Source: Thermodesulfobacteriota bacterium
GTDB lineage: Bacteria > Desulfobacterota > Desulfobacteria > Desulfobacterales > SURF-7
DNA length: 31,098 nt
Direction of reading: 5' to 3'
Assembly: GCA_049320885.1 (NCBI GenBank)
Contig: JBMORA010000005.1
Coordinates: 1 to 31,098 of the forward strand
A model generated the notes under the pieces. The model searched no databases, was not told where the DNA came from, and saw nothing but the letters and a program-made list of their open reading frames with translations. Both the position numbers and the translations under genes were made by a program. This document shows, piece after piece, positions 18,505 to 28,113 of the stretch; position 1 is the first letter of the stretch; the number at the start of each line of letters is the position of its first letter.

Positions 18505-21500
18505 ATGAAACTGAAAAAACTTGAAATAGTTGGGTTTAAATCGTTTCTGGAAAAAGCGAATATCGAATTCCCACCGGGGATCAGCGCAGTTGTCGGCCCC
18601 AATGGATGCGGGAAAAGCAATATCGTGGACGCGCTTCGTTGGGTGATGGGGGAACAAAGCGTCAAACAGCTCCGGGGAAAGGCCATGGAGGATATTATCT
18701 TCAGTGGCGCGGATGGCAAATCCGCGATGAATATGGCCGAGGTCAGCCTGACACTGGCCAATGACAACGGCAGCGCGCCGGAAGAGCTGAAAGATTGTTC
18801 CGAAATCATGATCACCAGACGCCAGTACCGTTCCGGAGAACGCGCCTATTACCTGAACCGGCAGCCATGCCGCCTGAAGGACATCCATAATATATTTTGG
18901 GGCAGTGGCATGGGAGCACGATCCTATGCCGTGATCCAGCAGGGCAACATCGGCGCCATCACGGATGCCGGTCCGGAGGAGCGACGTTTTTTCATCGAGG
19001 AGGCGGCAGGCATAACGCGTTATAAAAACAGAAAAAATGAGGCATTGCGGAAGGTCGACGCCACCCAGCAGAACATATTGCGAGTCAATGATATCATTGC
19101 GGAAGTCAAACGGCAGATGGGCGGTCTGCATCGTCAGGCGAAAAAAGCGGAACTATTTAAAGGCCTGCAGGAACAGCTCAAGGTGCTCGAAATCGTTGCG
19201 GCGGCTTATTATTTCGATGACTACGAACGGCAACTGCATGAGACCGCGCTTCTGTTGCGGGAACTCAAAGACACGGACATCGAGCACGCCTCGCAATTGG
19301 CTCGGTTGGACGCCGCCATTGAGGAGATCAAGCTGGCAAGGGCGCGGAAGGATCATGAGATCTCGCAACAGAAAACACAAAAATTTGAAGTCCAACGCAC
19401 AACGGATAAAATTGAAAATGATTCCGGTTATCTGCGCAAGGATGTGCAGACCCTGACCCAGGAGATCATCGGGCTGGAAACCGCCCGGGTTGAGCTTGAA
19501 AGGAAAAACAAACAGATAGCGGATGAAGTGGTTGCCGCGGATACCGAGATGGAACGCCTTCAACAGGAGATCGGCAATGAAAAGGCGTTGCTGGAAGACA
19601 AACATCAATCCGCCCGGACCGTTACCGAACATCTGTCGCATCTGAACAGCCAGCTGGAAGAGAGCAAGAAGCAGTTGATGCGGCTGGTGGCTGAGGAGGC
19701 CCGGTACAAAAATATCTACCAGAACGCCTCCAACAACAAGGAGAGTCTGAAAAGACGGTTGCGGCGGATCGACGAAGAAGATGTCCTGGCCCGCCGGAAG
19801 GCGGCTGAACTGGAAAAGGCGGAAATGGAGGCCAATTCTTCCTTTGAAGCGATCCGTTCGGAAAAGGAGGATTTGATCCGCCAGATTGCGGGAATCGAGG
19901 CGCGGCTGGACGAAAAGAATAAGGCGCTCAGCGAACAGGTCAAATTCGTTCAGACAACGGAGTTCGAACGCCACAAAGTCAAATCCCGCCTGACGGCGTT
20001 GGTGAAAATGGAGGACAATTTCGAATGGTACCGGGACGGCGTCAAAGCCGTCATGAAGCGGAATGCGGCCGCGGAGCAAGGGGAAGCCGGCGAGACGGGA
20101 GCAACGCCGGGGATCCTTGGCCTGATGGCGGATATCATCGAGCCCCAGCCGGGATTTGAAAATGCCGTGGAGGCTGTTCTCGGTGAATCGATGCAATACA
20201 TTCTGATCAATCATCAGGAAGTCGGAACCGATGCCATCCGCTTTCTTCAGGATAACAATGCCGGTCGCAGCGGGTTCATTCCGGTGGACAGGCTGAAAAA
20301 GATCGCCAGGGAGCCTGAAAAAATACCGGAGAATGCCGAACGGCTGTTGAGCCGGATCAGCGTAAAAAGCGGGTTCGAGGATACCGTCAAAGCGGTTTTG
20401 GCCGATGTGCTGATCGCCGACGATCTTCATGCGGCGCTGAACATGTGGAACCGGAGCAATGGGGATGGTCCCTATACACTGGTCACCAAAAACGGGGACG
20501 TGATTTCGGCAAGCGGAATCATGATCGGCGGCAGCCAGGACAAGCTGGCCGGGATCCTGATCAAAAAGCAGGAAATCCGATCCCTGGAGCAGCGCATGGC
20601 GGAGTTCGACAGGGTGCTGCTGCAAGGGCGGGAAATGCAGGCCGGACTTGAAACGGCGGTGCGTCAGCTGGAGACCGAGCTGCAGAAAGCGATTGTGAAA
20701 AAGAATCACCTGCTTCAAATGGAAACCGAAGCGGAGAAACATTTGTATCGGGTGGGGGAAGACCTGAAACATGCCCGCCGGCACATGGAGGTCGTTCGAC
20801 TGGAACAGGAGCAATTGCTTGGAGAGGAAAGCGATATCGATGATGAAATCGCCCGCAACAACGAAGCGTTGACCCAGGTCGAGAACGAAGTCAAGGCGTA
20901 TCAGCAGAAAGTAGCGGAGATAAACGGAGAGATTGAATCCGTTTCCAGGGAGCAGGCCGTTTGCCAGCAGTCGGTGATGGACGTCAAGCTCAAGTTGACC
21001 GCTTTGAACGCCCGGCTGGATAACAGTCGCCATACATATAAACGCTTGCGGGATTTTCAGGCAGACGGGGAAAAACGGCTGGTTCAGTTGACGGAGGAGA
21101 TCGAGCAGAAGATGGTCCGAAGCAAGTCCGCCCGGGAGCGTCTGCTGGAATATGACCAGAAATTGCCGGGAATGTATGAGGCGCTGAAGCGGTTGGAAGA
21201 AACCATCGAGAGCAATGAGGCCGAATTTCATTCCATCGATGCCAGGCTCCAGGAAAATGATGAGGCCGTCAATAGGCTTCAGGGAAAACGGGAGCAAACA
21301 ACCGAAAAAATCCGGCGCCTCGAACTCGAGCAGACCCAGCGGAAAATGCAGCAGGAGAATATCGGCCGCCGCATGGAGGAAAAATATCACCAGCCTCTTG
21401 CCAACCTGCGGGAGGGAATGATATGGCCGGCGGAAGAAAGCCGGGAGATCGGGCGGATCGAAGCGGAATTGGTGGAAATCCGGGAAAAGATCGCCGCCGT

Positions 21501-22116
21501 GGGGGACGTCAACCTTGGCGCCATCCATGAGTATGAGGAGCTCACCCAACGATTCGAGTTCCTGAACACCCAGCGCGACGACCTGGTCAAAGCCCTGGAG
21601 GATTTACAGAAAGTGATCCGCAAAATCAATCAGATCACCCAGGATCGGTTCATGCAGACATTTCATCTGGTGAACGAGAAGCTGAACGAGGTGTTTCCCC
21701 GGCTTTTTGCAGGCGGGGCTGCCAGGCTGGTATTGACGGAACCGGACAATCCGCTGGAAACGGGTGTCGAGCTGATGATTCATCCGCCGGGGAAAAAGCT
21801 GACCCGCCTGAGCCTTTTATCCGGCGGCGAGAAGGCGCTTTCCGCCATTGCGTTCATTTTCGCCATATTTTTGATCAAGCCGGCCTCCTTTTGTCTCATG
21901 GACGAGATTGACGCGCCGCTTGACGAAGCCAATGTTTACCGGTTTAATGAGTTGCTGAAGATCATCGGCGAGAAATCCCAGATCGTCATGATTACGCATA
22001 ACAAAAAGTCCATGGAGTTCGCCGATGTCCTGTTCGGTGTCACCATGGAGAAAAAAGGGATTTCAAAGATCGTATCGGTGAATTTCGAGCGGGCCCGGCA
22101 GCCGCTTCCCAATTAG
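18505..22116 (+). CDS. smc: Chromosome segregation protein SMC
   Basis: 1203 aa. GFKSF, Walker A GPNGCGKSN, coiled coils, hinge (AVEAVLG, GRSGFIP), signature LSGGEK, Walker B LMDEIDAPLD, ITHNK. Confidence 0.98.
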   Translation: MKLKKLEIVGFKSFLEKANIEFPPGISAVVGPNGCGKSNIVDALRWVMGEQSVKQLRGKAMEDIIFSGADGKSAMNMAEVSLTLANDNGSAPEELKDCSEIMITRRQYRSGERAYYLNRQPCRLKDIHNIFWGSGMGARSYAVIQQGNIGAITDAGPEERRFFIEEAAGITRYKNRKNEALRKVDATQQNILRVNDIIAEVKRQMGGLHRQAKKAELFKGLQEQLKVLEIVAAAYYFDDYERQLHETALLLRELKDTDIEHASQLARLDAAIEEIKLARARKDHEISQQKTQKFEVQRTTDKIENDSGYLRKDVQTLTQEIIGLETARVELERKNKQIADEVVAADTEMERLQQEIGNEKALLEDKHQSARTVTEHLSHLNSQLEESKKQLMRLVAEEARYKNIYQNASNNKESLKRRLRRIDEEDVLARRKAAELEKAEMEANSSFEAIRSEKEDLIRQIAGIEARLDEKNKALSEQVKFVQTTEFERHKVKSRLTALVKMEDNFEWYRDGVKAVMKRNAAAEQGEAGETGATPGILGLMADIIEPQPGFENAVEAVLGESMQYILINHQEVGTDAIRFLQDNNAGRSGFIPVDRLKKIAREPEKIPENAERLLSRISVKSGFEDTVKAVLADVLIADDLHAALNMWNRSNGDGPYTLVTKNGDVISASGIMIGGSQDKLAGILIKKQEIRSLEQRMAEFDRVLLQGREMQAGLETAVRQLETELQKAIVKKNHLLQMETEAEKHLYRVGEDLKHARRHMEVVRLEQEQLLGEESDIDDEIARNNEALTQVENEVKAYQQKVAEINGEIESVSREQAVCQQSVMDVKLKLTALNARLDNSRHTYKRLRDFQADGEKRLVQLTEEIEQKMVRSKSARERLLEYDQKLPGMYEALKRLEETIESNEAEFHSIDARLQENDEAVNRLQGKREQTTEKIRRLELEQTQRKMQQENIGRRMEEKYHQPLANLREGMIWPAEESREIGRIEAELVEIREKIAAVGDVNLGAIHEYEELTQRFEFLNTQRDDLVKALEDLQKVIRKINQITQDRFMQTFHLVNEKLNEVFPRLFAGGAARLVLTEPDNPLETGVELMIHPPGKKLTRLSLLSGGEKALSAIAFIFAIFLIKPASFCLMDEIDAPLDEANVYRFNELLKIIGEKSQIVMITHNKKSMEFADVLFGVTMEKKGISKIVSVNFERARQPLPN

Positions 22117-22142
22117 GAGGGGCGGACGGGGAAAGAGGTGGG

Positions 22143-23396
22143 ATGCAGCAACGGATGTACGACATATGGGAAACGGCGATAACCCTTGCCGGACAATTGC
22201 CGCAGGAGGCATTTTGGGGCGCGGGTTTTTGTCTGGCGGTTTTTTGTTTATGGGTGATGTTTATCCGCGCGAGAAGACGGCGTATAAGCGGGGAAGGCGC
22301 CGTGGCGGCCCCGCCGGGCACAATGCCCGGCGCGGAGGAGTTAGATGAGCCCGAAACCGTCGGCGACCCGGGAGGGGCTGTTCAGCCGATGCCGCAAAGA
22401 GCCGGTGAGCCGGTTCACAGGACAGAGCCCGGCGAAACAGCGGCTGGGGCGGTTTCCAAAACCGTTGCCGCAGCGAAACCACTTGACGCGGAAGGCTTCC
22501 TGGGACGTCTGAAAAGCGGTCTGTCAAAAACCCGGAATACCATCTCGGGCGGGCTGGATAGAATTTTTTCCGGAAATCGCGGACTGGACGGTTCCGCCCT
22601 GGAAGACATGGAGGAATTGCTGATCACTGCCGATGTGGGTGTTCAGGCGACCATGTCGCTGATTCAAAAGGTATCCGCAAGGGCGTCGGAGATCGATGAT
22701 ATCGGAAAATTGAAATCCATAGTCAAGGAAGAGCTCCTGGCGGCCCTCCATACCTGCGATCGCGGCGACGAAAAGCCACTGGCGCCGCGGCCGAAAATCA
22801 TCATGGTGGTGGGTGTGAACGGCGTGGGAAAAACGACGACCATCGGAAAGCTGGCGGCGCGCATGGCGGGAGAAGGAAAGCGTGTTCTGATTGTGGCGGC
22901 CGATACTTTCCGGGCCGCGGCCATCGAGCAGCTGTCGATCTGGGCGGAAAGGGCCGGCGCTGAAATCGTCAAACATCGTCAGAATGCGGATCCGGCGGCG
23001 GTTGTGTACGACGGCATCGAGGCCGCCCTGGCGAGAGATGTGGATATCGTGCTCGTGGATACTGCCGGCAGACTCCATACAAAGGTCAATCTGATGGAGG
23101 AACTGAAGAAAATCAAGCGGACAATTGCGCGAAAAATACCGGATGCGCCCCATGAGGTTTTGATGGTGCTGGATGCCACCACCGGCCAAAACGCCCTGGT
23201 GCAGGCGAAAATGTTTCATGAAGCCTTGAATGTCACCGGGATCGTGCTGACCAAACTGGACGGCACGGCGAAAGGAGGCATTGTCGTGGCCATCTGCAGT
23301 GCCTTGAATATTTCCCTCGATTATATCGGCGTCGGCGAACAGGCGGAGGACCTTCAGGAATTCAATGCCCGCCAGTTTGTGGATGCGCTTTTGTAA
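22143..23396 (+). CDS. ftsY: Signal recognition particle receptor FtsY
   Basis: LITADVG, GVNGVGKTTTIGK, AADTFRAAA, DTAGRLH, DATTGQN, TKLDGTAKGG. Directly follows smc. Confidence 0.97.
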   Translation: MQQRMYDIWETAITLAGQLPQEAFWGAGFCLAVFCLWVMFIRARRRRISGEGAVAAPPGTMPGAEELDEPETVGDPGGAVQPMPQRAGEPVHRTEPGETAAGAVSKTVAAAKPLDAEGFLGRLKSGLSKTRNTISGGLDRIFSGNRGLDGSALEDMEELLITADVGVQATMSLIQKVSARASEIDDIGKLKSIVKEELLAALHTCDRGDEKPLAPRPKIIMVVGVNGVGKTTTIGKLAARMAGEGKRVLIVAADTFRAAAIEQLSIWAERAGAEIVKHRQNADPAAVVYDGIEAALARDVDIVLVDTAGRLHTKVNLMEELKKIKRTIARKIPDAPHEVLMVLDATTGQNALVQAKMFHEALNVTGIVLTKLDGTAKGGIVVAICSALNISLDYIGVGEQAEDLQEFNARQFVDALL

Positions 23397-23429
23397 TGGC
23401 AAGCGGCTGACGGTGTCGTCAGGGGATGG

Positions 23430-23711
23430 CTAGCGGCGAATTTCAAAAGCGCTGAATGCTCCCGAATAGGTCGTCCAGTCCACGGACACGGCGCTCACAT
23501 GGGCCAATGGTGGTCCTGCTTCGCACCACTTCAGGACGGCGAGAACACGATCCTTGTCCCCCTCGAACAATGCCTCTACATCGCCGTCGTGTCTGTTCCT
23601 CACCCAACCCCTGACACCGAATCGATCGGCCGTCTGTTTTGTCTCCATGCGAAAGCACACCCCCTGAACCCTGCCGCTGATAATGGCGCGGGCGCCGACT
23701 TTTTCTTCCAT
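23430..23711 (-). CDS. acyP: Acylphosphatase
   Basis: 93 aa. ISGRVQGVCFR, GWVRNRHDGDVE, GPPLAHV. GAGGTG RBS. Confidence 0.95.
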   Translation of the reverse strand: MEEKVGARAIISGRVQGVCFRMETKQTADRFGVRGWVRNRHDGDVEALFEGDKDRVLAVLKWCEAGPPLAHVSAVSVDWTTYSGAFSAFEIRR

Positions 23712-23760
23712 GGCTCACCTCGTTTGTTTCTGTTGACAGGCATGGTGTCGAACCGTTGCC

Positions 23761-23790
23761 ACCATATCGCACCCGTGCAGCCGATGTCAA
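23761..23790 (-). promoter_or_regulatory. Candidate sigma70 promoter of acyP
   Basis: Minus strand TTGACA-N18-TATGGT, about 50 bp upstream of the start. Confidence 0.5.
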
Positions 23791-23828
23791 AAAATTGTTG
23801 CCGATGAAAACGTATAGTAAACAACACA

Positions 23829-23856
23829 AAAAACATTCAGTCAGCTGAATGTTTTT
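23829..23856. repeat. Perfect 12-bp inverted repeat (operator or terminator-like)
   Basis: AAAAACATTCAG-TCAG-CTGAATGTTTTT. Confidence 0.75.
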
Positions 23857-24038
23857 GGTAACTGTAAAATATGACATAAATATAACTATTCAAAAATAAA
23901 AACTAAAAATATGCATATCGAGACAAATCGATGATTATTTTATCTTGTTGACAACCCATGAAAATCAAGATAATGCCTGTCTTGCCGGTTACGATTCCGC
24001 CGGTAAAAACCCTTATCCCTCCCTGTAAATTAGAAGGT

Positions 24039-24743
24039 ATGAAGATCAGCGAACTCTCCCAACGCACCAAGGTATCCAAAGAAACCATCCATCATTACAT
24101 CCACGTCGGTCTGCTTCGTAAGCCGAAAAAAACAAAAGAAAATGTTGTAAATTACAGCGAGGCCTATGTGGAGAGGATCCGGATCATTAAAAGACTTCGG
24201 GAGGACTATTTTTTGCCGCTGCCGGTGATCAAGGAGTTGATCAGGAGGCAGAAACGGCAGTCCTGCTCGGAAAAAATCGCCTTTCAGTTTTTAAGCGAAT
24301 ATTTCCGGCCGGTTGATCGGCTCCTGAGCGATGCCGTCATCGGCAAGGAGGATTACCGGAAAGTCACCGGTCTTGGAAAAAAATGGCTGGAAAAGATGGA
24401 GGCCTGGGGGATCATCACGGCGGATGACAGAACGGGAACGGCTGTATATTCGTATGATGATGTGATGGTGGGGAAATTACTGGTGGACCTGGATCGCATC
24501 GGTTTGGGGCCGAAGAACGGATTTGATCCCCAAGTATTGAAACCCGCGGCGGAAATGTTTCGTAAAATAGCAAAAGACGATTTCCGGCGTTTCATGGCGT
24601 TGATCGGGAACGGCGATATTTCCCGGAGGACGCTGAAGGAAAAAGGAGATCAGGCCAGAGAGCTGATGTGCCTTTTCTTTTATCATATATATCGTAAATT
24701 CGTGCTGGAGGAATATCGTGCTTATCTGAAGACCGCCGAATAG
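24039..24743 (+). CDS. MerR family transcriptional regulator
   Basis: MKISELSQRTKVSKETIHHYIHVGLL...YSEAYVERIRIIKRLREDYFLPLPVIK is a MerR wHTH. Start placed at 24039 rather than the ORF-track 23958. Confidence 0.9.
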   Translation: MKISELSQRTKVSKETIHHYIHVGLLRKPKKTKENVVNYSEAYVERIRIIKRLREDYFLPLPVIKELIRRQKRQSCSEKIAFQFLSEYFRPVDRLLSDAVIGKEDYRKVTGLGKKWLEKMEAWGIITADDRTGTAVYSYDDVMVGKLLVDLDRIGLGPKNGFDPQVLKPAAEMFRKIAKDDFRRFMALIGNGDISRRTLKEKGDQARELMCLFFYHIYRKFVLEEYRAYLKTAE

Positions 24744-24842
24744 CATGGATGGCGGAATGCGCAATCATGGTCAGTCGCCGGGAAGCCGTTTTTCAGGCAG
24801 AGGCGGTGCCGTTTACCCTACAGGCAGGATAAGGAGATAGAT

Positions 24843-26171
24843 ATGAAATCGACCAGAGAGTTGTGGCTTTCCTTGTGGCGCCAGGTATTGCTGTTGCCGA
24901 TCGTGATGGGTTTGGGCAGCCTTCCGGCCCAGGCCTTTACACCGCTGCAGGCCGACTTTTCCACCTACGACGCGAAAAATCAGGTTTTCCCCACGGGGGA
25001 TACCATCAAGGTGGGCCTTTTTGAACCGTTTTCCGGCCAGAGCGCTTCGGCCGGTGAAATTTCCGCCTGGCTTCTGGGATGGGTCGTGCATGACATCAAT
25101 TCCCAGGGGGGTATCATGGTTGACGGGAAAATGAAGAAAATACAGGTGATCAAAGCGGACACCGCGACCCAGCCGGTTGTGGCCAAACGGGCGCTTCAGC
25201 GGTTGATACTGAACGATAAGGTCGACCTGTTCGTGGGAACCGCCGGTAGTCATATCGCCCTCATCGGCAACCAGATGGCCGGGAAATACAAAAAAATATT
25301 CCTGAATTATTCATCCTATTCCGTTCATCTCATGGACGCCCAGAATTTTAACCGCTATACGTTCCGGACCTGCTCCACAACGGATATCAACGCCAGGGCA
25401 CTGGCCTATTATTTTTCCAAGACACCGATCCGCAAATTTTATATCCTGTGCCAGGATTACAGCTACGGCCATGATTTCGGCAAGTCGATCAAGAAAGCCA
25501 TGGAAGAATTCCTTCCGGACGCGGACATCGTGGGAGAAGTCTACCATCCGCTGTGGCTCAAGGATTTTGCTCCTTACCTGAGCAAAATCCAGGCTTCCGG
25601 AGCGGAAATGATCCTGTCGTCGGACTGGCCGCCTGACAGTTGGAACCTCATGCTGGCGATGGACCAGATGGGGATGAACATCCCGGTGGGAGGGCAGTTC
25701 TTTGATGATCCCAGGATGAGCCAGAACCTGAAGAACAAAAACGCCGGGGTCGGCAACACGGTGGTCAACTTCCATCTCTGCAACATCAAGTCGGAGCTGA
25801 ATGAGCGCTTCAACACCATTTTCCACAACCGCTACAAGGATAGCCCGGACATACAAATCGAATGGCCCACCGGAGTCATCGGCGGAGTGATCGGCCATTT
25901 TTATTGGCTTTTCGACGTGATTCAACGGGCGGGGACCCTGAATCCGGAAAAAATCATCGCGACCTGGGAAGGAGATACCTACGAAACATTTTCGGGAACC
26001 CTTTTCATGCGCAAATGCGATCACCAGGCGGTGATGGACATGTACCTTTCAACGCTGGTTTCCCCATCCCGATGGTCCAAGGGAGGGGATCGGCTCGGAT
26101 ACCAGGAGGAGGCGGTCCGGGTGCCGTCCAGTGTCGTCATGTCACCTTGTCCGGAGGGATTGGAACCGTAA
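24843..26171 (+). CDS. Liv/HAAT-type ABC transporter periplasmic substrate-binding protein
   Basis: Signal peptide ending AQA. IKVGLFEPFSG, DINSQGGI, YTFRTC, QDYSYGHD, DFAPYLSKIQASGAE, CDHQA. RBS TAAGGAG. Confidence 0.9.
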   Translation: MKSTRELWLSLWRQVLLLPIVMGLGSLPAQAFTPLQADFSTYDAKNQVFPTGDTIKVGLFEPFSGQSASAGEISAWLLGWVVHDINSQGGIMVDGKMKKIQVIKADTATQPVVAKRALQRLILNDKVDLFVGTAGSHIALIGNQMAGKYKKIFLNYSSYSVHLMDAQNFNRYTFRTCSTTDINARALAYYFSKTPIRKFYILCQDYSYGHDFGKSIKKAMEEFLPDADIVGEVYHPLWLKDFAPYLSKIQASGAEMILSSDWPPDSWNLMLAMDQMGMNIPVGGQFFDDPRMSQNLKNKNAGVGNTVVNFHLCNIKSELNERFNTIFHNRYKDSPDIQIEWPTGVIGGVIGHFYWLFDVIQRAGTLNPEKIIATWEGDTYETFSGTLFMRKCDHQAVMDMYLSTLVSPSRWSKGGDRLGYQEEAVRVPSSVVMSPCPEGLEP

Positions 26172-26221
26172 CCGCCGGGTTGCGGTTTGATCCGGGAACG
26201 CGTCATGAGCCGGGAGAAGTG

Positions 26222-27109
26222 ATGAATTCAATGACGGTCATGCTGATAACCCAGGGGGTTCACGGATTGGCCTACGGGATGCTGTTGTTTCTGGTTGCAT
26301 CCGGGTTTACCCTGATTTTCGGAATGATGGGCATCCTGAATATGGCCCATGCCTCCTTTTTCATGCTGGCCGCCTATATCGGATTTCAGGTCATCCAGTG
26401 GGGCGGTAATTTCTGGTTGGCGCTCCTGTTGGCCCCCATGGCGACCATGGCTGTCGGGATGGCGATGGAGCGGATCATGTTGCGCCGGGTCCGACAATTC
26501 AAGCTCGGAAAGGCGGTGGTTCTGTTCGAGCTGATGCTGACGGTCGGGGTCATGGTCTGCATCGAAGAAGCGGTGAAAAACCTGTGGGGCACGGATCCGG
26601 AAATCGTGCAGGTGCCTTCCATCCTGGGGGGCTTCCTCACCTGTCAGGGGATGCAATATCCCGTCTATCGGGTTTTCATCATCGCTCTTTCCTGTACGAT
26701 TCTATTGCTGCTGGGCCTGATCCTGTTCAAGACGCAGCTGGGGAACATCGTCCGGGCGGCTGTTCAGGACGCGGAAATGGCCGGCGCCCTCGGCATCAAC
26801 GTGCCGCTGATTTTCAGTTTCGTTTTTGGACTGGGGACATGGCTCGCGGGCGTCGCGGGCGTCGCGGCGGCCCCGCTGCTGACCGTCTTTCCCGGGCTGG
26901 CCAACCAGATGATGCTGGACTCTTTCATCGTGGTGGCCCTGGGTGGATTCGGGAGTCTTCTGGGCGCATTTGCCGTTTCGATGATCCTGGGAGAGCTGAC
27001 GGCATTCGGAGTCCAATTTTTTCCGGGGTATTCCAGTATGATCCTTTTCGGCTTCATGGCGCTGGTATTGACGTTCAAACCGCAGGGGCTTTTCGGGGAG
27101 CGGGAATGA
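26222..27109 (+). CDS. LivH-like ABC permease
   Basis: GLAYGMLLFLVASGFTLIFGMMGILNMAHA, TQLGNIVRAAVQDAEMAGALGINV, VVALGGFGS, FKPQGLFG. Start approximate. Confidence 0.92.
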   Translation: MNSMTVMLITQGVHGLAYGMLLFLVASGFTLIFGMMGILNMAHASFFMLAAYIGFQVIQWGGNFWLALLLAPMATMAVGMAMERIMLRRVRQFKLGKAVVLFELMLTVGVMVCIEEAVKNLWGTDPEIVQVPSILGGFLTCQGMQYPVYRVFIIALSCTILLLLGLILFKTQLGNIVRAAVQDAEMAGALGINVPLIFSFVFGLGTWLAGVAGVAAAPLLTVFPGLANQMMLDSFIVVALGGFGSLLGAFAVSMILGELTAFGVQFFPGYSSMILFGFMALVLTFKPQGLFGERE

Positions 27110-28113
27110 GGCGGGTGGTATTCAGGTGGACGGGCTGGAGTCTGGTGATCGGCGGGTTTGCCATGGCGCCCCGGTTGCTGGGAGATTTTGAACTGACGAT
27201 TGTACTCGGCATGGCGATTTTCGCCCTGTTTTCCATCAGCTTGAATCTGCTGTTGAGTTACACCGGTCTGCTCAGTTTCGGGCATGCCATGTTTTTTGCG
27301 GCCGGAGCCTATGGAACGGCCTTGAGCCTGGAATACCTGCAAGGATTTCCATTTGTTCCGGCGGTTCTGGCCGGAGCGGTTTCGGCCGCTTTGCTGGCAT
27401 CGGCGCTCAGTCCCTTGCTGGTGAGGGCCAGTGGCCATACATTTGCGATGTTGACCATGGCGTTCAGCCAAATCCTGTATGCCATCGTGATGAAATATTC
27501 CGCTGTAACCGGGGGCAACGACGGTTTATCCGGCTTTCCGATTCCGGCGTTGGGCATTCCCGGGATCGGCGGCATTGACATGGCCTCGGAGCGGAATTTT
27601 TATTATGTCGCCATGACGATATTGGGGATCAGCGCCTGGATCATGTGGTTCTTTACCCGTACCCCTTTCGGCAGCATCATGGTGGGGTTGCGCGACAATC
27701 CGGAGCGAGTCGCCTATCTCGGATTCAACGTCCCCCGATCGAAGGCCGTGGTTTTGATCGTGTCCGCCTGGTTTGCCGGCGTGGCCGGATCCATGTACGC
27801 CCTCTTTCAGAATATGGTCTCCATTGATGGCGTACTCGGGCCCATGTCTTCCTTTTCACCGCTTATCAACTGCTTCATCGGCGGTTTGGGCACTTTCATC
27901 GGGCCGGTTTTCGGAACCGGCATCGGGACGGTGTTGATAGAGCTGATGGCGGCACATCCCGAACAGGCCCAACTGGTATTCTCCCTGGTCCTGATCATTC
28001 TGGTATTGTTCCTGCCCGGCGGGATGATGATGTTGTATTGGAAATCGGCGGCGGCCTGGATGACCCTGGAAAACAGAATTCAATCCGGATTCCGGAGAGG
28101 CAACCATGGTTGA
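27106..28113 (+). CDS. LivM-like ABC permease
   Basis: ATGA overlap with the previous gene. SLNLLLSYTGLLSFGHAMFF, TGGNDG, TPFG...RDNPERVAYLG, IGGLGTFIGP. Confidence 0.92.
   Translation: MRRVVFRWTGWSLVIGGFAMAPRLLGDFELTIVLGMAIFALFSISLNLLLSYTGLLSFGHAMFFAAGAYGTALSLEYLQGFPFVPAVLAGAVSAALLASALSPLLVRASGHTFAMLTMAFSQILYAIVMKYSAVTGGNDGLSGFPIPALGIPGIGGIDMASERNFYYVAMTILGISAWIMWFFTRTPFGSIMVGLRDNPERVAYLGFNVPRSKAVVLIVSAWFAGVAGSMYALFQNMVSIDGVLGPMSSFSPLINCFIGGLGTFIGPVFGTGIGTVLIELMAAHPEQAQLVFSLVLIILVLFLPGGMMMLYWKSAAAWMTLENRIQSGFRRGNHG

Noticed and set aside
19153..21549. 798-aa antisense ORF within smc
   Set aside because: Shadow frame of a GC-rich coiled-coil gene. Its L/F/Q-rich composition mirrors smc codons and it has no motifs.
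23407..23422. CTGACG-GTGT-CGTCAG hairpin between convergent ftsY and acyP
   Set aside because: Only 6 bp with no U-tract on either strand, so not called a terminator.
23733..23790. Long imperfect hairpin TTGACA...ATGGTG...CACCAT...TGTCAA as a possible ncRNA
   Set aside because: The right arm is fully explained as the acyP promoter (TTGACA-N18-TATGGT on the minus strand), and I recognise no RNA family.
25862..27105. Long N-terminal extensions of the permease ORFs in the ORF track (starts 25862 and 26584)
   Set aside because: They overlap upstream genes in another frame. Permease-like sequence begins at about 26222 and at 27106 (ATGA coupling).
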